Part shown: positions 8,403-17,984 of the stretch, piece by piece | How positions within the stretch are numbered: the stretch's first letter is position 1 | How the letters are laid out: each line of letters begins with the position of its first letter | Assembly: GCA_020635235.1 (NCBI GenBank) | Contig: JACKAF010000003.1 | Coordinates: 76,051-140,050, forward strand | Source of the DNA: Pseudobdellovibrionaceae bacterium | GTDB lineage: Bacteria > Bdellovibrionota > FAC87 > UBA2466 > JACKAF01 | Reading direction: 5' to 3' | Length of the DNA stretch: 64,000 bases | Position numbers and translations under genes: made by a program | Notes under the pieces: generated by a model | Told to the model about the DNA's origin: nothing | Database searches by the model: none | What the model saw: the letters and a program-made list of their open reading frames with translations, nothing else

Positions 8403-10030
8403 AAAGTTTCAAAGCGGCTATCTTGATATTGGAGTTCCGTGTGCTGTTTCAGGAATTCGCGGTACTCGACAGCGGTGGGTCCAGGCAGGCGCGTTTTGTC
8501 GAGAACAAGGTAGCGCAAGCCGGTCTTTTTCACGAGGGGCAGCTCGGCGGCATTCTTGGTTTTCAATAGCCGCAGGACGGTTTCTCGAAGTTGCTGGTTA
8601 TCAGGTGGCATGAAGCCCGCGTAGCCGTTTGCAATCGGGTGGTTGTGATCCAGGCTATAGTACATGTAGTCGGCTTCTGCTTCGTGCAGTCCTTCGTAAA
8701 TATAAAAAACGGGAAATCGATTCTCAGTAGCTTTTAGAAAAGCAGTATTCCCATTAAAATCCGGTACAAGCTGAATCGGTATCTGTACCTGCGTATCCAA
8801 CCAAAACACCAGGCCCAAAAGGAGTCCCGCTGCTGCTAGCTGCTTTTTGCTAAGTCTTTCGTTTAGCACGTAACCGCCATAGGCCGCTGCGATGGCGACG
8901 AGAAAAAGCAGCGACAAGCCGAATCTAGCGGGGACTCGAATCCCGCTCATGCCGGGGACAATATAGAAAAGCAGATTATAAAGGCCGGCATTGGTACCCC
9001 AAGCGAGCAAGGTCAAAAATACGGCGCTCGTCACACAAACCCTGAACCAGTAGCGCGCCTCGGGGCTATGTCTTGAGTATTGTCGGAACTTTCTAAAGCC
9101 TAGAAACGCCAACAGAAAGACGCTGAATCCAAAGAATAAACACTTCTCGTGACGCGCACCCTCCTGGTAGCGGATGAAGGGCGCAAAAACACCTGCGTAG
9201 CGGTGGCGTTCAGGAACGACCAGAAAACCTTTGATGTTCGTGCTGTAGGGCCGCGCCTCACCCACGGACCGTTTCCAATTGTTGTCTTTGCTGACGCGGT
9301 AGTAGGAATAGGAAATAGGCAGGCTTACGGCTGCAAAGCTTGCGATGGCAAGCGCATAACCCTTCGCCTTGCGCCAGTCTCGTTCTTTCAGTAAGGAGTG
9401 GAGCTCAAAAGCCGCGAGGGGAAGAATGCTGAGCATCAACATCAATCCTAAATTGACGCTGAAATAGAACTGCAAGGCCAGACAGGTCCCTACAGAAAAG
9501 GCATAAGACCATTTTCTGGTCTCTTGGAACTTAAAAAGAGCATAGAAAAAAAACGGAAATCCAAATTGGGGGATCATGTGGGCGTGCCCAATCTGAGAGA
9601 GGCGGCTGAGGCTGAAAGCGAACACCGTCGCGGCAATGGCCGCTGCGTACTCATTTAGGAACAACTTCACAAAAAAGAACATGCAGCGGTAGTTCAGCCA
9701 AAAAAGAAAAAGAATAGTCAGGTTGTAAGAAAGGGCTCTATTCTGAACCAATAAGAAAAACGCGTGGTAGATCAGCGAACAGCCGAAAGTGGTTTCTGAG
9801 GAAAGCAGGCTCTCCGTATAGGGATAAAAGGCTCTCCCATCAAAAAGGGGGTTATCCGAAAAGAAGTTGCCGCTAAGCCGATCCCAAATCCAAATGAAGG
9901 AAAGCTCATCCGGAAGGATATCGCCGATAAGAGCTGTTCCCAGGTGTGTCCAAGACCCAACCGGCGCAAGAAATAGAGCGATCCCCAGCAAGGGAGGAAC
10001 CCAAAGGAGGAGAGTCGTTCTGAGTCTCAT
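8390..10030 (-). CDS. polytopic inner-membrane protein, possible GT-C-type glycosyltransferase
   Basis: 546 aa with many hydrophobic spans over the first ~400 aa and a soluble C-terminal domain. It overlaps the next GT-C-like gene by 4 nt. Confidence 0.45.
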   Translation of the reverse strand: MRLRTTLLLWVPPLLGIALFLAPVGSWTHLGTALIGDILPDELSFIWIWDRLSGNFFSDNPLFDGRAFYPYTESLLSSETTFGCSLIYHAFFLLVQNRALSYNLTILFLFWLNYRCMFFFVKLFLNEYAAAIAATVFAFSLSRLSQIGHAHMIPQFGFPFFFYALFKFQETRKWSYAFSVGTCLALQFYFSVNLGLMLMLSILPLAAFELHSLLKERDWRKAKGYALAIASFAAVSLPISYSYYRVSKDNNWKRSVGEARPYSTNIKGFLVVPERHRYAGVFAPFIRYQEGARHEKCLFFGFSVFLLAFLGFRKFRQYSRHSPEARYWFRVCVTSAVFLTLLAWGTNAGLYNLLFYIVPGMSGIRVPARFGLSLLFLVAIAAAYGGYVLNERLSKKQLAAAGLLLGLVFWLDTQVQIPIQLVPDFNGNTAFLKATENRFPVFYIYEGLHEAEADYMYYSLDHNHPIANGYAGFMPPDNQQLRETVLRLLKTKNAAELPLVKKTGLRYLVLDKTRLPGPTAVEYREFLKQHTELQYQDSRFETFYIP

Positions 10031-11547
10031 TTCCTAAGCCAGAAGTAGGAATTGGGGAGTTTGTGTCCCCAAACCACCGTAAAACCTTCCACATCTTTTA
10101 CTTGAAAAGAGACACCTTCGGCGCGTAAACGATCCAAAAAAGCCTGCACGTGCTCAGGTTTTTCGGAAAAGAAAATCTCAGCCCGATCGGGATCGGCATC
10201 TACCGCCTCGCGGTATTTGTGATAGCGCTCTTGCTCCGGGTTTCGGGAAACCACAATAGGATCTTCATCAAAGAGATAGGTGAGCTGATACGCTACCCAA
10301 TAGTCGGACAGGGCGTGGTGGATATTATTGGCGGTCAGAAAATCCTCAAGCGCCGCGACTCGTTTACCAAAGTGCCGTTGAACGGGTGGGTAACAAACCC
10401 AGATGATGGCACCCACCGTCAGGCTAAACCAGGAAAAGACAGCAGCGAATCTTAGTCGGCCAATCTTCCAGGCGACTGGGGCGAGAAGAAACGGAGCCCC
10501 CCAATAGATAGGCGTCATGTAGCGCGACGACCACATGTCGACGGCAACTGGAGATCCTGCGGTAGCAAGAATGCTGGTGAATATCGAGAGGCCGCCGAAA
10601 ATTCCGATGCGGCGCAGACCCTCCGGCAGAGTCTTATCCCGCCAGCATAGGTACAGGCCATAGAAGAACCCGGCGAAGAGTACGAGCCCGGTAAGCGTCA
10701 GTAATATCCCCCAAGCCAGACGCTCCCGCGTTCCCGGGATGAGGTTCCAGTTGAGGCCCATGATATGCACAAAGGCCGAGTAGAAAACTTCATAGTGTTT
10801 GGCACTGAAGAGAGTTTTTAGAGAAAAAGTCAGCGGCGCCTTCTGGGCTAAAGACATACGAACCAGGAGTAAGAGAATTCCACCGGAGCCAAATCCGTAG
10901 AGAAACGGTAGAGCTGGCTTGTAATTAGAGAGTTTTCGCCGGTCCTCTACCAGGCAAAGAGCGGCGTAGACGAAAGTCGCCGCTAAGAACTGAATGGCAT
11001 AGAAGTCGAGGTAGTGGGCGAACGCAATCAAACAACCTGCAAAAAAGAGGCTTCCTTTCCTGGGTGCTTGGGCATTTCGTTCCAAGATTAGGACAGAAAG
11101 AAACATGACAGTGATCGACCATTGCCGGAAGGGGTACAGGTTAATGGTCAGTACATCCTCGGGCACGAAGATATAAAACAGGCAGAGGAAGAAGCAGGTT
11201 ACGGGATCCAGGTAGCGTCGGAAGAGGGCTAGACTGATAGTAATCAGTGCAATGAGTCCCAGGAGTGGCTCCATCATCAGCACGACGGGCGAGTCTCCAA
11301 ATACCTTGAATAGGGCCCCGATGGCGAGAGGCTCCACAACCCCTTGATAGGAGGATCCCCAGAGGTGCCAAAACCATTCCCCCGCCCACATTCTTTTGGC
11401 CTGTAGGGCGAGGAAGGCGAAGTCCGAGTTCACCTCGGCGGCATTCATCAAAAACGGGAGTCGGTAAATAAGGATAAGCGCTACGACCAGAATCCAGATG
11501 GGCAGCCAAGATCGAGAAAGCAGAGGGTTCGATTGGCGTGTTTGCAT
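10027..11547 (-). CDS. GT-C family glycosyltransferase (ArnT/PMT-like)
   Basis: 506 aa, polytopic. The N-terminal region (IYRLPFLMNAAEVNSDFAFLALQAKRM...) resembles ArnT/PMT_2 enzymes. Confidence 0.5.
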   Translation of the reverse strand: MQTRQSNPLLSRSWLPIWILVVALILIYRLPFLMNAAEVNSDFAFLALQAKRMWAGEWFWHLWGSSYQGVVEPLAIGALFKVFGDSPVVLMMEPLLGLIALITISLALFRRYLDPVTCFFLCLFYIFVPEDVLTINLYPFRQWSITVMFLSVLILERNAQAPRKGSLFFAGCLIAFAHYLDFYAIQFLAATFVYAALCLVEDRRKLSNYKPALPFLYGFGSGGILLLLVRMSLAQKAPLTFSLKTLFSAKHYEVFYSAFVHIMGLNWNLIPGTRERLAWGILLTLTGLVLFAGFFYGLYLCWRDKTLPEGLRRIGIFGGLSIFTSILATAGSPVAVDMWSSRYMTPIYWGAPFLLAPVAWKIGRLRFAAVFSWFSLTVGAIIWVCYPPVQRHFGKRVAALEDFLTANNIHHALSDYWVAYQLTYLFDEDPIVVSRNPEQERYHKYREAVDADPDRAEIFFSEKPEHVQAFLDRLRAEGVSFQVKDVEGFTVVWGHKLPNSYFWLRK

Positions 11548-11563
11548 GAGTGGTTCCTATCTC

Positions 11564-12133
11564 CTAATCGGATGCGCCCGATCCCGCTTTTTCCAGTGAC
11601 TCGGCGAGATCCAAAAGATTCGGGAAAGCTTTGTAAGCCGTGTTCTCGGCGCCAAGTTTTTCCTTAGTTTTATTGCCTTCGCCGGTCAGCACTAGAAAGG
11701 ACGTCATCCCTAAGTTGGACCCTAGTTCTAAATCACTTAGTTTGTCGCCCACCATGAAGCTTTGGCCATGGGGGCTCTGGCGCAGATAGCTTTCGACCAG
11801 TCCGGTTGCCGGCTTGCGGCAGCTGCACCCATCATCAGGGTGGTGGAAACAATACAGGTACTGATCGATCCGAATGCCGGCCTCGGCAAGTAGGGTGTTG
11901 AACCGGGCGTGTACCGCTCGGAACTGATTGCGAGAAATGATCCCGCGGCCAACGCCTGCCTGGTTACTGACGACGACGAGGCGGTAGCCTTTTTTGCGTA
12001 GCAGTCTTAGACCCTCAGATGCATTGGGACATAGGGAGACGATAGAAGGATCTCGGGGGTAGCCGGTATCCTCCATAATGGTTCCGTCTCGATCCAAAAA
12101 AGCTGTTGGACCGTTAAGATTAATTTCATCCAT
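11564..12133 (-). CDS. gmhB: D-glycero-D-manno-heptose 1,7-bisphosphate phosphatase (HAD-IIIA)
   Basis: FLDRDGTI, VVVSNQAGVGRG, the zinc-site-like CFHHPDDGCSCRKP, and MVGDKLSDLE. Confidence 0.8.
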   Translation of the reverse strand: MDEINLNGPTAFLDRDGTIMEDTGYPRDPSIVSLCPNASEGLRLLRKKGYRLVVVSNQAGVGRGIISRNQFRAVHARFNTLLAEAGIRIDQYLYCFHHPDDGCSCRKPATGLVESYLRQSPHGQSFMVGDKLSDLELGSNLGMTSFLVLTGEGNKTKEKLGAENTAYKAFPNLLDLAESLEKAGSGASD

Positions 12134-12148
12134 CGATTACGGGTCCCG

Positions 12149-13054
12149 TTAAGTATTTGGAAGAAGGCGCGGTTGGGAACCTACCAGTTTTCGAATCTCC
12201 AGAAGTTGCCGCACAAACGTTCCGGCGTGTTCGAGATAAAAGGCGTTCGGTCCATCACTCTTTGCCCGCGAAGGATCGGGGTGGCATTCCATGAAGAGAC
12301 CATCCGCGCCTGCCGCAATGGCAGCGCGTGCGAGGACCTCGATATTTTCGCGCTTCCCGCCGGTAGTTGTGCCGCCAGCGCCGGCGCCGGGTGACTGAAC
12401 AGAGTGGGTGGCGTCGTAAATTACCGGTGCTCCCAGTTTCTGGATGGTTTGGAAAGCGCTCATGTCGACGATGAGCGTATTGTACCCGAAAGAAACCCCT
12501 CGTTCGGTTATCCAGTACCAGTTCTTGTCAGACGGGGAAAAATCTTCTGCAACCTGATCTAATTTTTGGACGATGTTCTTGGCATCCCACGGAGCTAGAA
12601 ACTGCCCTTTCTTAACGTTGATTTTCTTTCCGCGTTTGAGCACGGCCTGTGCTCCCGCAACGATCATGTCGGTCTGGCGGCAAAGGAAAGCCGGTACCTG
12701 CAAGAAGTCCACGACCTCGGCGACCGGCTCCGCTTGCTCCGGCAAATGGTAGTCGGTTACTAGCTGAACACCGCTGCGTGCTTTAGCTTTAGCGAGGATG
12801 GCGAGGCCTTCCTCAAGTCCGGGACCCCGAAAGCTCTTGATGGACGTTCGGTTGGCCTTATCAAAGGAGGCCTTGAAATAGAAATCGATGGGTAGCCCTT
12901 CGAACTGGCGCTTTAATTCCGCCGCTGTTTCCAATATCAGCCCCTCGTCTTCAATGACGCAAGGGCCCGCAAGAACGATCATTCTTTGGTCTCCACTAGT
13001 TATGGGGGTTGGTGCCATCGGCACTAAGGTAGTCCTTGGTCCGGGCAAAAGCAA
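12149..13054 (-). CDS. kdsA: 3-deoxy-8-phosphooctulonate (KDO-8-P) synthase
   Basis: LAGPCVIE, FKASFDKANRTSIKSFRGPGLEEGL, VPAFLCRQTD, INVKKGQF and DATHSVQ are collinear with E. coli KdsA. The true start is probably ATG 13018. Confidence 0.9.
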   Translation of the reverse strand: MLLPGPRTTLVPMAPTPITSGDQRMIVLAGPCVIEDEGLILETAAELKRQFEGLPIDFYFKASFDKANRTSIKSFRGPGLEEGLAILAKAKARSGVQLVTDYHLPEQAEPVAEVVDFLQVPAFLCRQTDMIVAGAQAVLKRGKKINVKKGQFLAPWDAKNIVQKLDQVAEDFSPSDKNWYWITERGVSFGYNTLIVDMSAFQTIQKLGAPVIYDATHSVQSPGAGAGGTTTGGKRENIEVLARAAIAAGADGLFMECHPDPSRAKSDGPNAFYLEHAGTFVRQLLEIRKLVGSQPRLLPNT

Positions 13055-13207
13055 TTAACCGTGTGCAGCGAGAAGATTTCGTGCGGGTTGTCGCAAAGCG
13101 TCTTTGATTTCAGTAGTTTAGGCTACAGATCCGAGCTCCTATACCCGATAGGTAATATAGGAACACTCGCTTCTCACCGCCACGCTAATAGCAGACAAGG
13201 AGACTCA

Positions 13208-13507
13208 ATGGCCACGAAGAAAAAGACTTCCGGAAAATCTTCTCACGGAAGAAAAACCCAGGCGGAATTGCACGCAATGGTAAAGGTAATCGTGGCCGAA
13301 AAGAAAAAGCAGGGTCTGCTCAGCGGTGACAACAGTCGAAAGATTCGCCCGTACAGCCCGAAGGTCCGTTTTGACTACGGCGATCGGATCGAACACCCGC
13401 AATTCGGCTCCGGCGTAGTGAGCCAACTCATAAACACCCAAAAAATCGAAGTCGCGTTTCCTGATAGAACGCGCGTTCTGATACACGCCCTTCCCAAAGC
13501 AGCTTAA
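13208..13507 (+). CDS. small basic hypothetical protein
   Basis: ATG at 13208 is preceded by AAGGAG (MATKKKTSGKSS...). The longer ORF start at 13061 has no support. Confidence 0.45.
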   Translation: MATKKKTSGKSSHGRKTQAELHAMVKVIVAEKKKQGLLSGDNSRKIRPYSPKVRFDYGDRIEHPQFGSGVVSQLINTQKIEVAFPDRTRVLIHALPKAA

Positions 13508-15681
13508 TAGCGCGTGAACCACTCCAGGAAGCTGGACATCGGCGTACTCTGACTGGTTTCGTCTAGATCTAGCTCCGTCGAAACTGCCCAATTTTTTCCT
13601 ATTCTTCTTCGCAAGCCGATTCTGTTTGGACCGGATCCGGTGCCGGTTGCGCTGATTACCGTTTTGTCACCCAAACGAACTCGTACCGTGATCCCTTTGG
13701 TGTTCGGATTGTAGCTCACACTTTGGATTGGAGTTTTTGCAAAGAAATAAAGCGAAGCCAACCCAATGCTCCGCTCGGCAAGAGCGGCGTCCATGTTTTG
13801 GATAGATTCGTTCTTGTCAAAATCCAGGCCTGCCGGAACCTCTCCAAAGAGTAGCAACGCAATGATTTCGCGCTGGGAAAGCGGCGGGGAACTCTGCAGG
13901 TTTACGCGAGGCGACTTCGACGAACCGGATATCTTGATATCGACCGAGTAATCCGGGTACTCCACGTTGAGTAGTCCCTCAATGTCGAGCAGGGTCTGAT
14001 CCGAACGCTCTTTGAGCAAGGTCGCACGAAAGTTTTTCACGGTGGCAGTCCGTCGAAACAGTTCTAGTTCCAAGGGCAAAAGCTGAATGTAACCCGCCGG
14101 TGGAGCGTCAGAGGCGAGGGCCATCTCCGTTTTAAGACGAATCGGCTTAGCCGTAAGGTTGCTGCGCAAGCGGACGACGCTACTTTCCCGTGTGCTCAAT
14201 TTCACGCGCCAAGGAAACGCGGGAGCCGTTTCTGTTTCTTTGGGGGGCTCGTATTTGGCGGCGCTGCCGATGCGTGGATCGGGAGCCAGTTGCGGCGGTT
14301 CACTGAGCGTCAACGGTGGCAGATCTAGCACCACATCCTTTAGGTCGGAATCAACATCCAGCGCATAGTCTGCATTCGGTAAGCACCCGCCCATTCGAAA
14401 GCTTCCCTTTACCTCGGTAATGAGTTTCTGGGTTTTTGAGATCAACTCGGTCTGCAGTGAGATAGGGAAGGTAATTCGAGAGTCCTCCTTTTGGATGCCC
14501 TCGGCGTTAAGGAATACTTTCCCGTGGAGGGTATTGAGCGGGGCCGGAATGGCCCATTGGGTTCTACTGAGCGCATTCACAATATCTTGGTACTCCGAGA
14601 GTTCGAAACGTAGCGAGCTAGAGGGGCGAACATCAAGAGCCACACCGTCTTTACATGGAGAAAAGTCCGCCTCGATGGTGCCTTTGGCGGTAAGACTCTT
14701 TGCGCCCGACGCATCGATTTGTATTTTCGCATTTCCCTTCCGCTCGATAAGGTGCAGGCGGCCTTCAACAGAGAGGTCCATCTTGATATCGATGTTTTTG
14801 ACAGTGCGTACAATGGGAGAGAGTTTGCAGTGCTCGATGCCCAGGGTATCCCCTCGGAAACCGGAGATTTTGCAACGTTCGACACCTAGTTTTATCGGTA
14901 AAGGAGTGTCGGAGCGAATGTCTCCAGTAAACTCAAGCGAGTCGTACTCATTTTCCAAGTGGCCGTCGATATTGACGTGCTTCATAGGGATATTGGGATC
15001 CTTGAGCGTGGCCTCGATCTTTATGTCGCCGGCGAGACGATCCCTTGGTTTTAGTAATTTGAATGCCACTCTCAGGTTGGTTTTTTGTTCTACCTCGCGC
15101 AGCGCCAGGGTGAGGGCTCCTGAACAACGCAGTTGATCTGCTTGCTCGGGCGTACACTGGATCGAGGCGTTTGCCTGGGTGAGTTCGCCATTTGTCGAGG
15201 GCGCTTCAAGAAGGAACTGCTCTACCTGCACACGACCTATAGTCGTTATCCAGGACGGAAGCTGGAATCCGGGATCGGATTCGGGGCTGTCGGATGCGTT
15301 TGTTGGCGAGGTGGGCTCGAGCTTTAGTTTCGCGTCAGCGACGTCCAGGTTGCGGATCTCCAGAATGTCGAACGGAAACAACTGGAGTTGACCGTCGACG
15401 TGGGCCTTGTTTAGGCAAAGTTCTTCGATACCTTCGGTGCGAAGGCAGAAGTGTTCTAGACTTAGATCTACATTCAGTTTCGCCCACCCGGACCAGCTCA
15501 ACTTGCCGCTCTGCAGTTTGTAATCCAGGTGAACTCCCGCAGAGTCTAGGTACGTGTTCACTCGATTCAGAACCGTTGGGCGCAGTAGCCAACTAGGAAA
15601 AGCCAATAAATAAAGGAGGACCAGGAGGGCGACCGCCAAGGTAATTCCGGTCACACGTCGAAATAGAGCGGATCGGAACAT
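13504..15681 (-). CDS. tamB: TamB-like translocation and assembly module protein (DUF490-like C-terminus)
   Basis: ATG 15681 overlaps the stop of the Omp85 gene (TAATG). It has an N-terminal anchor ITLAVALLVLLYLLAF and a long beta-rich body. It sits directly downstream of the TamA-like gene. Confidence 0.55.
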   Translation of the reverse strand: MFRSALFRRVTGITLAVALLVLLYLLAFPSWLLRPTVLNRVNTYLDSAGVHLDYKLQSGKLSWSGWAKLNVDLSLEHFCLRTEGIEELCLNKAHVDGQLQLFPFDILEIRNLDVADAKLKLEPTSPTNASDSPESDPGFQLPSWITTIGRVQVEQFLLEAPSTNGELTQANASIQCTPEQADQLRCSGALTLALREVEQKTNLRVAFKLLKPRDRLAGDIKIEATLKDPNIPMKHVNIDGHLENEYDSLEFTGDIRSDTPLPIKLGVERCKISGFRGDTLGIEHCKLSPIVRTVKNIDIKMDLSVEGRLHLIERKGNAKIQIDASGAKSLTAKGTIEADFSPCKDGVALDVRPSSSLRFELSEYQDIVNALSRTQWAIPAPLNTLHGKVFLNAEGIQKEDSRITFPISLQTELISKTQKLITEVKGSFRMGGCLPNADYALDVDSDLKDVVLDLPPLTLSEPPQLAPDPRIGSAAKYEPPKETETAPAFPWRVKLSTRESSVVRLRSNLTAKPIRLKTEMALASDAPPAGYIQLLPLELELFRRTATVKNFRATLLKERSDQTLLDIEGLLNVEYPDYSVDIKISGSSKSPRVNLQSSPPLSQREIIALLLFGEVPAGLDFDKNESIQNMDAALAERSIGLASLYFFAKTPIQSVSYNPNTKGITVRVRLGDKTVISATGTGSGPNRIGLRRRIGKNWAVSTELDLDETSQSTPMSSFLEWFTRY

Positions 15682-17450
15682 TAGAACTCCTCCCCAAGCC
15701 CGATGTAGAATTGCCAGTGCGGGTTGATAGTCAGTGGGCCGCTTCCCCAAACTATGCCATGAGCCAGAGTACTTCGAATCACGCCGATGGGAGAGTCCCA
15801 ACGTAGCCCGAAACCTGGAGAGCCAAAAACCTGACTTCCCAGGCTAAAGGGCTGAAATCCCGCCGCACCAAAATCCATAAACACCAAGGGCTGCAGTTTC
15901 CATGGAAGCAAGTTGAGCAGGCGTTGCTCCAACCCAAAGTAAAGGCTCGTTTGGGCGGCCTGTCCCGGACCTGGTAGTTCTAAGCGCGAAAACCCCCTCA
16001 GGGAGTCCGATCCACCTAAGAAGAACCGGTAGATATCTGACAGTGTACCTCCCCAGTGGGCCGTGGTGCCAAACGCGAAACGTACACCGAACACATACTT
16101 TGCAGGCTTTAGCCCTCCCAGATTCCAGAGTTTTTTCCCAAGGAGCTGCAGTCTAAGAAACGACACGTCCGAAAACAGTTTTTGATCTGAATAGGAAAGG
16201 CTGAGCTGCCCGAGTGTTCCTTCCGTTGGTTTATCGAGTGCCAGCTCGAGATCATGTGTCAAATAGCCCAGCGAAAGTTTGAGCATGGGCAACAGAAAAA
16301 GTCCGACTCCGGATCCGCGGACAGTTTTGGTGAGTTCTACGGACGGCCCGAGGCTAAAGCGGATTCTTTCGTTACGGGTATCCCAGCTATAAGAAGGCAA
16401 TATCGACGCCAACAGCGTATAACTCTCATAATGTTGTTCACTGTTGCGCCTAAACTCCAAATCGGGTTGCAGGTAAAACCTTGGGTGAGCTTCAAAAAGG
16501 AACCAGTTCATACTTCCTTTGAAGGACTGGAGGTATTTTGAGGCAAGCAAACTAAATTCCAAAGAGGAAGCGTTGTCGCCAAGGCGCGCGTGCCGCCAAG
16601 AAGCCCGTACCTTGAAAATCCCTTCGGTGTCGACTCCCATTCCTATCGTGGTCAGTCGAGGTGGGCTTATTGAACCTCGTAGCTGCAGCTCAGATAGCTT
16701 TCTCTTCGAACAGCCGCTCAGAAAGTAGCCAGAGTCCACGATTCCCGATTGCTCCATGCGCTGCGTGGAGAGGTTAAGTAGATCCTCATCAAACTCCTGA
16801 CCATCCTCAAAAGCGTAATAACGCGACAGCATTCTCTTGGAGTAGGCTATTTCTAATTCCGGCGACAGCGTGACGCGCTCGTAAAAGAGCAGGCTCTTCT
16901 CGCCCGGAGTTACATCAACAAAGACCTGACCGTCCGCAGGGTTGGGAACCGTGGCGCGCGCCTCCGCGCACGGGTAGCCACGCTTTTGCAGCTCTTCTCC
17001 GGCGGATTTCTCTATTTCATCCAGTATCTCAGGAGTGATGGCCCGCCCCAGCCAGTTCCATTGGATCTGAGGAATGCGGACTTCTCCCGCAAGCCGCATG
17101 GTGATGTTTTGAACTCTGGAGATCGGGCCGGGAAAAATGATCAAGTCTCCCTCTGGAGAAGTTCGAAACACGGGCTGGTTGTAGCCGCGGGCTTGCAGGA
17201 ATCGGATAAGGTGAAAACGTCTTTGGCTCGGAGGTATGCGGCTCCAGGCTCCCTCTTTTTCGCTCGGACAGACCAGACTCTTTTCGTTCTTAGCGAGTGG
17301 TGGGTCAATCGGAGACAGAAAGTGGAGCCCGTGACATGGGTCCTCGGCCCGCACAATGGCGCTGCCAATCATTAGGCCGACCACAGATAGAAATCCCAGT
17401 CGATTTATGAGCTTGCGTGGGGGAAAACGCATTCCTACAACATACCTCAA
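15681..17450 (-). CDS. tamA: Omp85-family outer-membrane protein (TamA/BamA-like)
   Basis: Signal peptide, a POTRA-like N-terminal part, a barrel ending ...YIGLGEEF with terminal Phe, and pairing with the TamB-like gene. Confidence 0.7.
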   Translation of the reverse strand: MRYVVGMRFPPRKLINRLGFLSVVGLMIGSAIVRAEDPCHGLHFLSPIDPPLAKNEKSLVCPSEKEGAWSRIPPSQRRFHLIRFLQARGYNQPVFRTSPEGDLIIFPGPISRVQNITMRLAGEVRIPQIQWNWLGRAITPEILDEIEKSAGEELQKRGYPCAEARATVPNPADGQVFVDVTPGEKSLLFYERVTLSPELEIAYSKRMLSRYYAFEDGQEFDEDLLNLSTQRMEQSGIVDSGYFLSGCSKRKLSELQLRGSISPPRLTTIGMGVDTEGIFKVRASWRHARLGDNASSLEFSLLASKYLQSFKGSMNWFLFEAHPRFYLQPDLEFRRNSEQHYESYTLLASILPSYSWDTRNERIRFSLGPSVELTKTVRGSGVGLFLLPMLKLSLGYLTHDLELALDKPTEGTLGQLSLSYSDQKLFSDVSFLRLQLLGKKLWNLGGLKPAKYVFGVRFAFGTTAHWGGTLSDIYRFFLGGSDSLRGFSRLELPGPGQAAQTSLYFGLEQRLLNLLPWKLQPLVFMDFGAAGFQPFSLGSQVFGSPGFGLRWDSPIGVIRSTLAHGIVWGSGPLTINPHWQFYIGLGEEF

Positions 17451-17502
17451 TCCGCATCCCCCGACGCGCGCAATCTAACACAAACGACGGCGACGATGAA
17501 GC

Positions 17503-17976
17503 CTAGGAACGGGCGCTACACTCGCCGGGCGACACCCTGGCATTCCAGAGGGTTGCCTCTACCCGTCGGTTATACTGTTCAGCTAGTGGATCGGGCTCCT
17601 TTGTTGCTTTCTCGGAGACGACGAGCGTATCAATGTTTATCCGGCCCGGATCCACACCATTTTTCACAAAAGCGGCCGCGACCTCCAGCGCCCTTTTTTG
17701 GGCTAGCTCCTTCGCGCTTTGGTGCGCCTGCGAAGAAGCGTAGGCGGTGAGCGACAGGCGCAACCGGTCATCCGTTTTTAGAAGTTTTGCAAAAGACCGG
17801 ATCTTTTCTGCGCTCCATGGGTTTACCCGTGTTTCCTCGGGTTCAAAGTAGGCTACGGACTTTGTGATCAGATAATCAGATCCATCATCACACCTTTCTT
17901 CCAAATACTCTCGGTCGCGCGAGAGTATCTGCTTAATCCGGTTTTCAATTCGATTTAAGCGCGCCTTCCTATCCAT
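17503..17976 (-). CDS. OmpA-like (peptidoglycan-binding) domain protein
   Basis: The C-terminal half (LTAYASSQ...LAQKRALEVAAAFVKNGVDPGRI...NRRVE) resembles the OmpA_C/MotB domain. No obvious signal peptide. Confidence 0.5.
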   Translation of the reverse strand: MDRKARLNRIENRIKQILSRDREYLEERCDDGSDYLITKSVAYFEPEETRVNPWSAEKIRSFAKLLKTDDRLRLSLTAYASSQAHQSAKELAQKRALEVAAAFVKNGVDPGRINIDTLVVSEKATKEPDPLAEQYNRRVEATLWNARVSPGECSARS

Positions 17977-17984
17977 GATGCCTT

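Noticed and set aside
14420-15136. Long ORFs antisense to confident genes. Examples: 14420..15136 (+), 18997..19779 (-), 19814..20449 (-), 21516..22040 (-), 28199..28759 (-), 46172..46711 (-), 48544..49062 (+), 51115..51840 (+), 62632..63189 (-).
   Set aside because: Each lies fully inside a gene that has strong motif support on the other strand. Their products are R/S/P-rich low-complexity strings without SD sequences. These are typical shadow ORFs of moderately GC-rich DNA.
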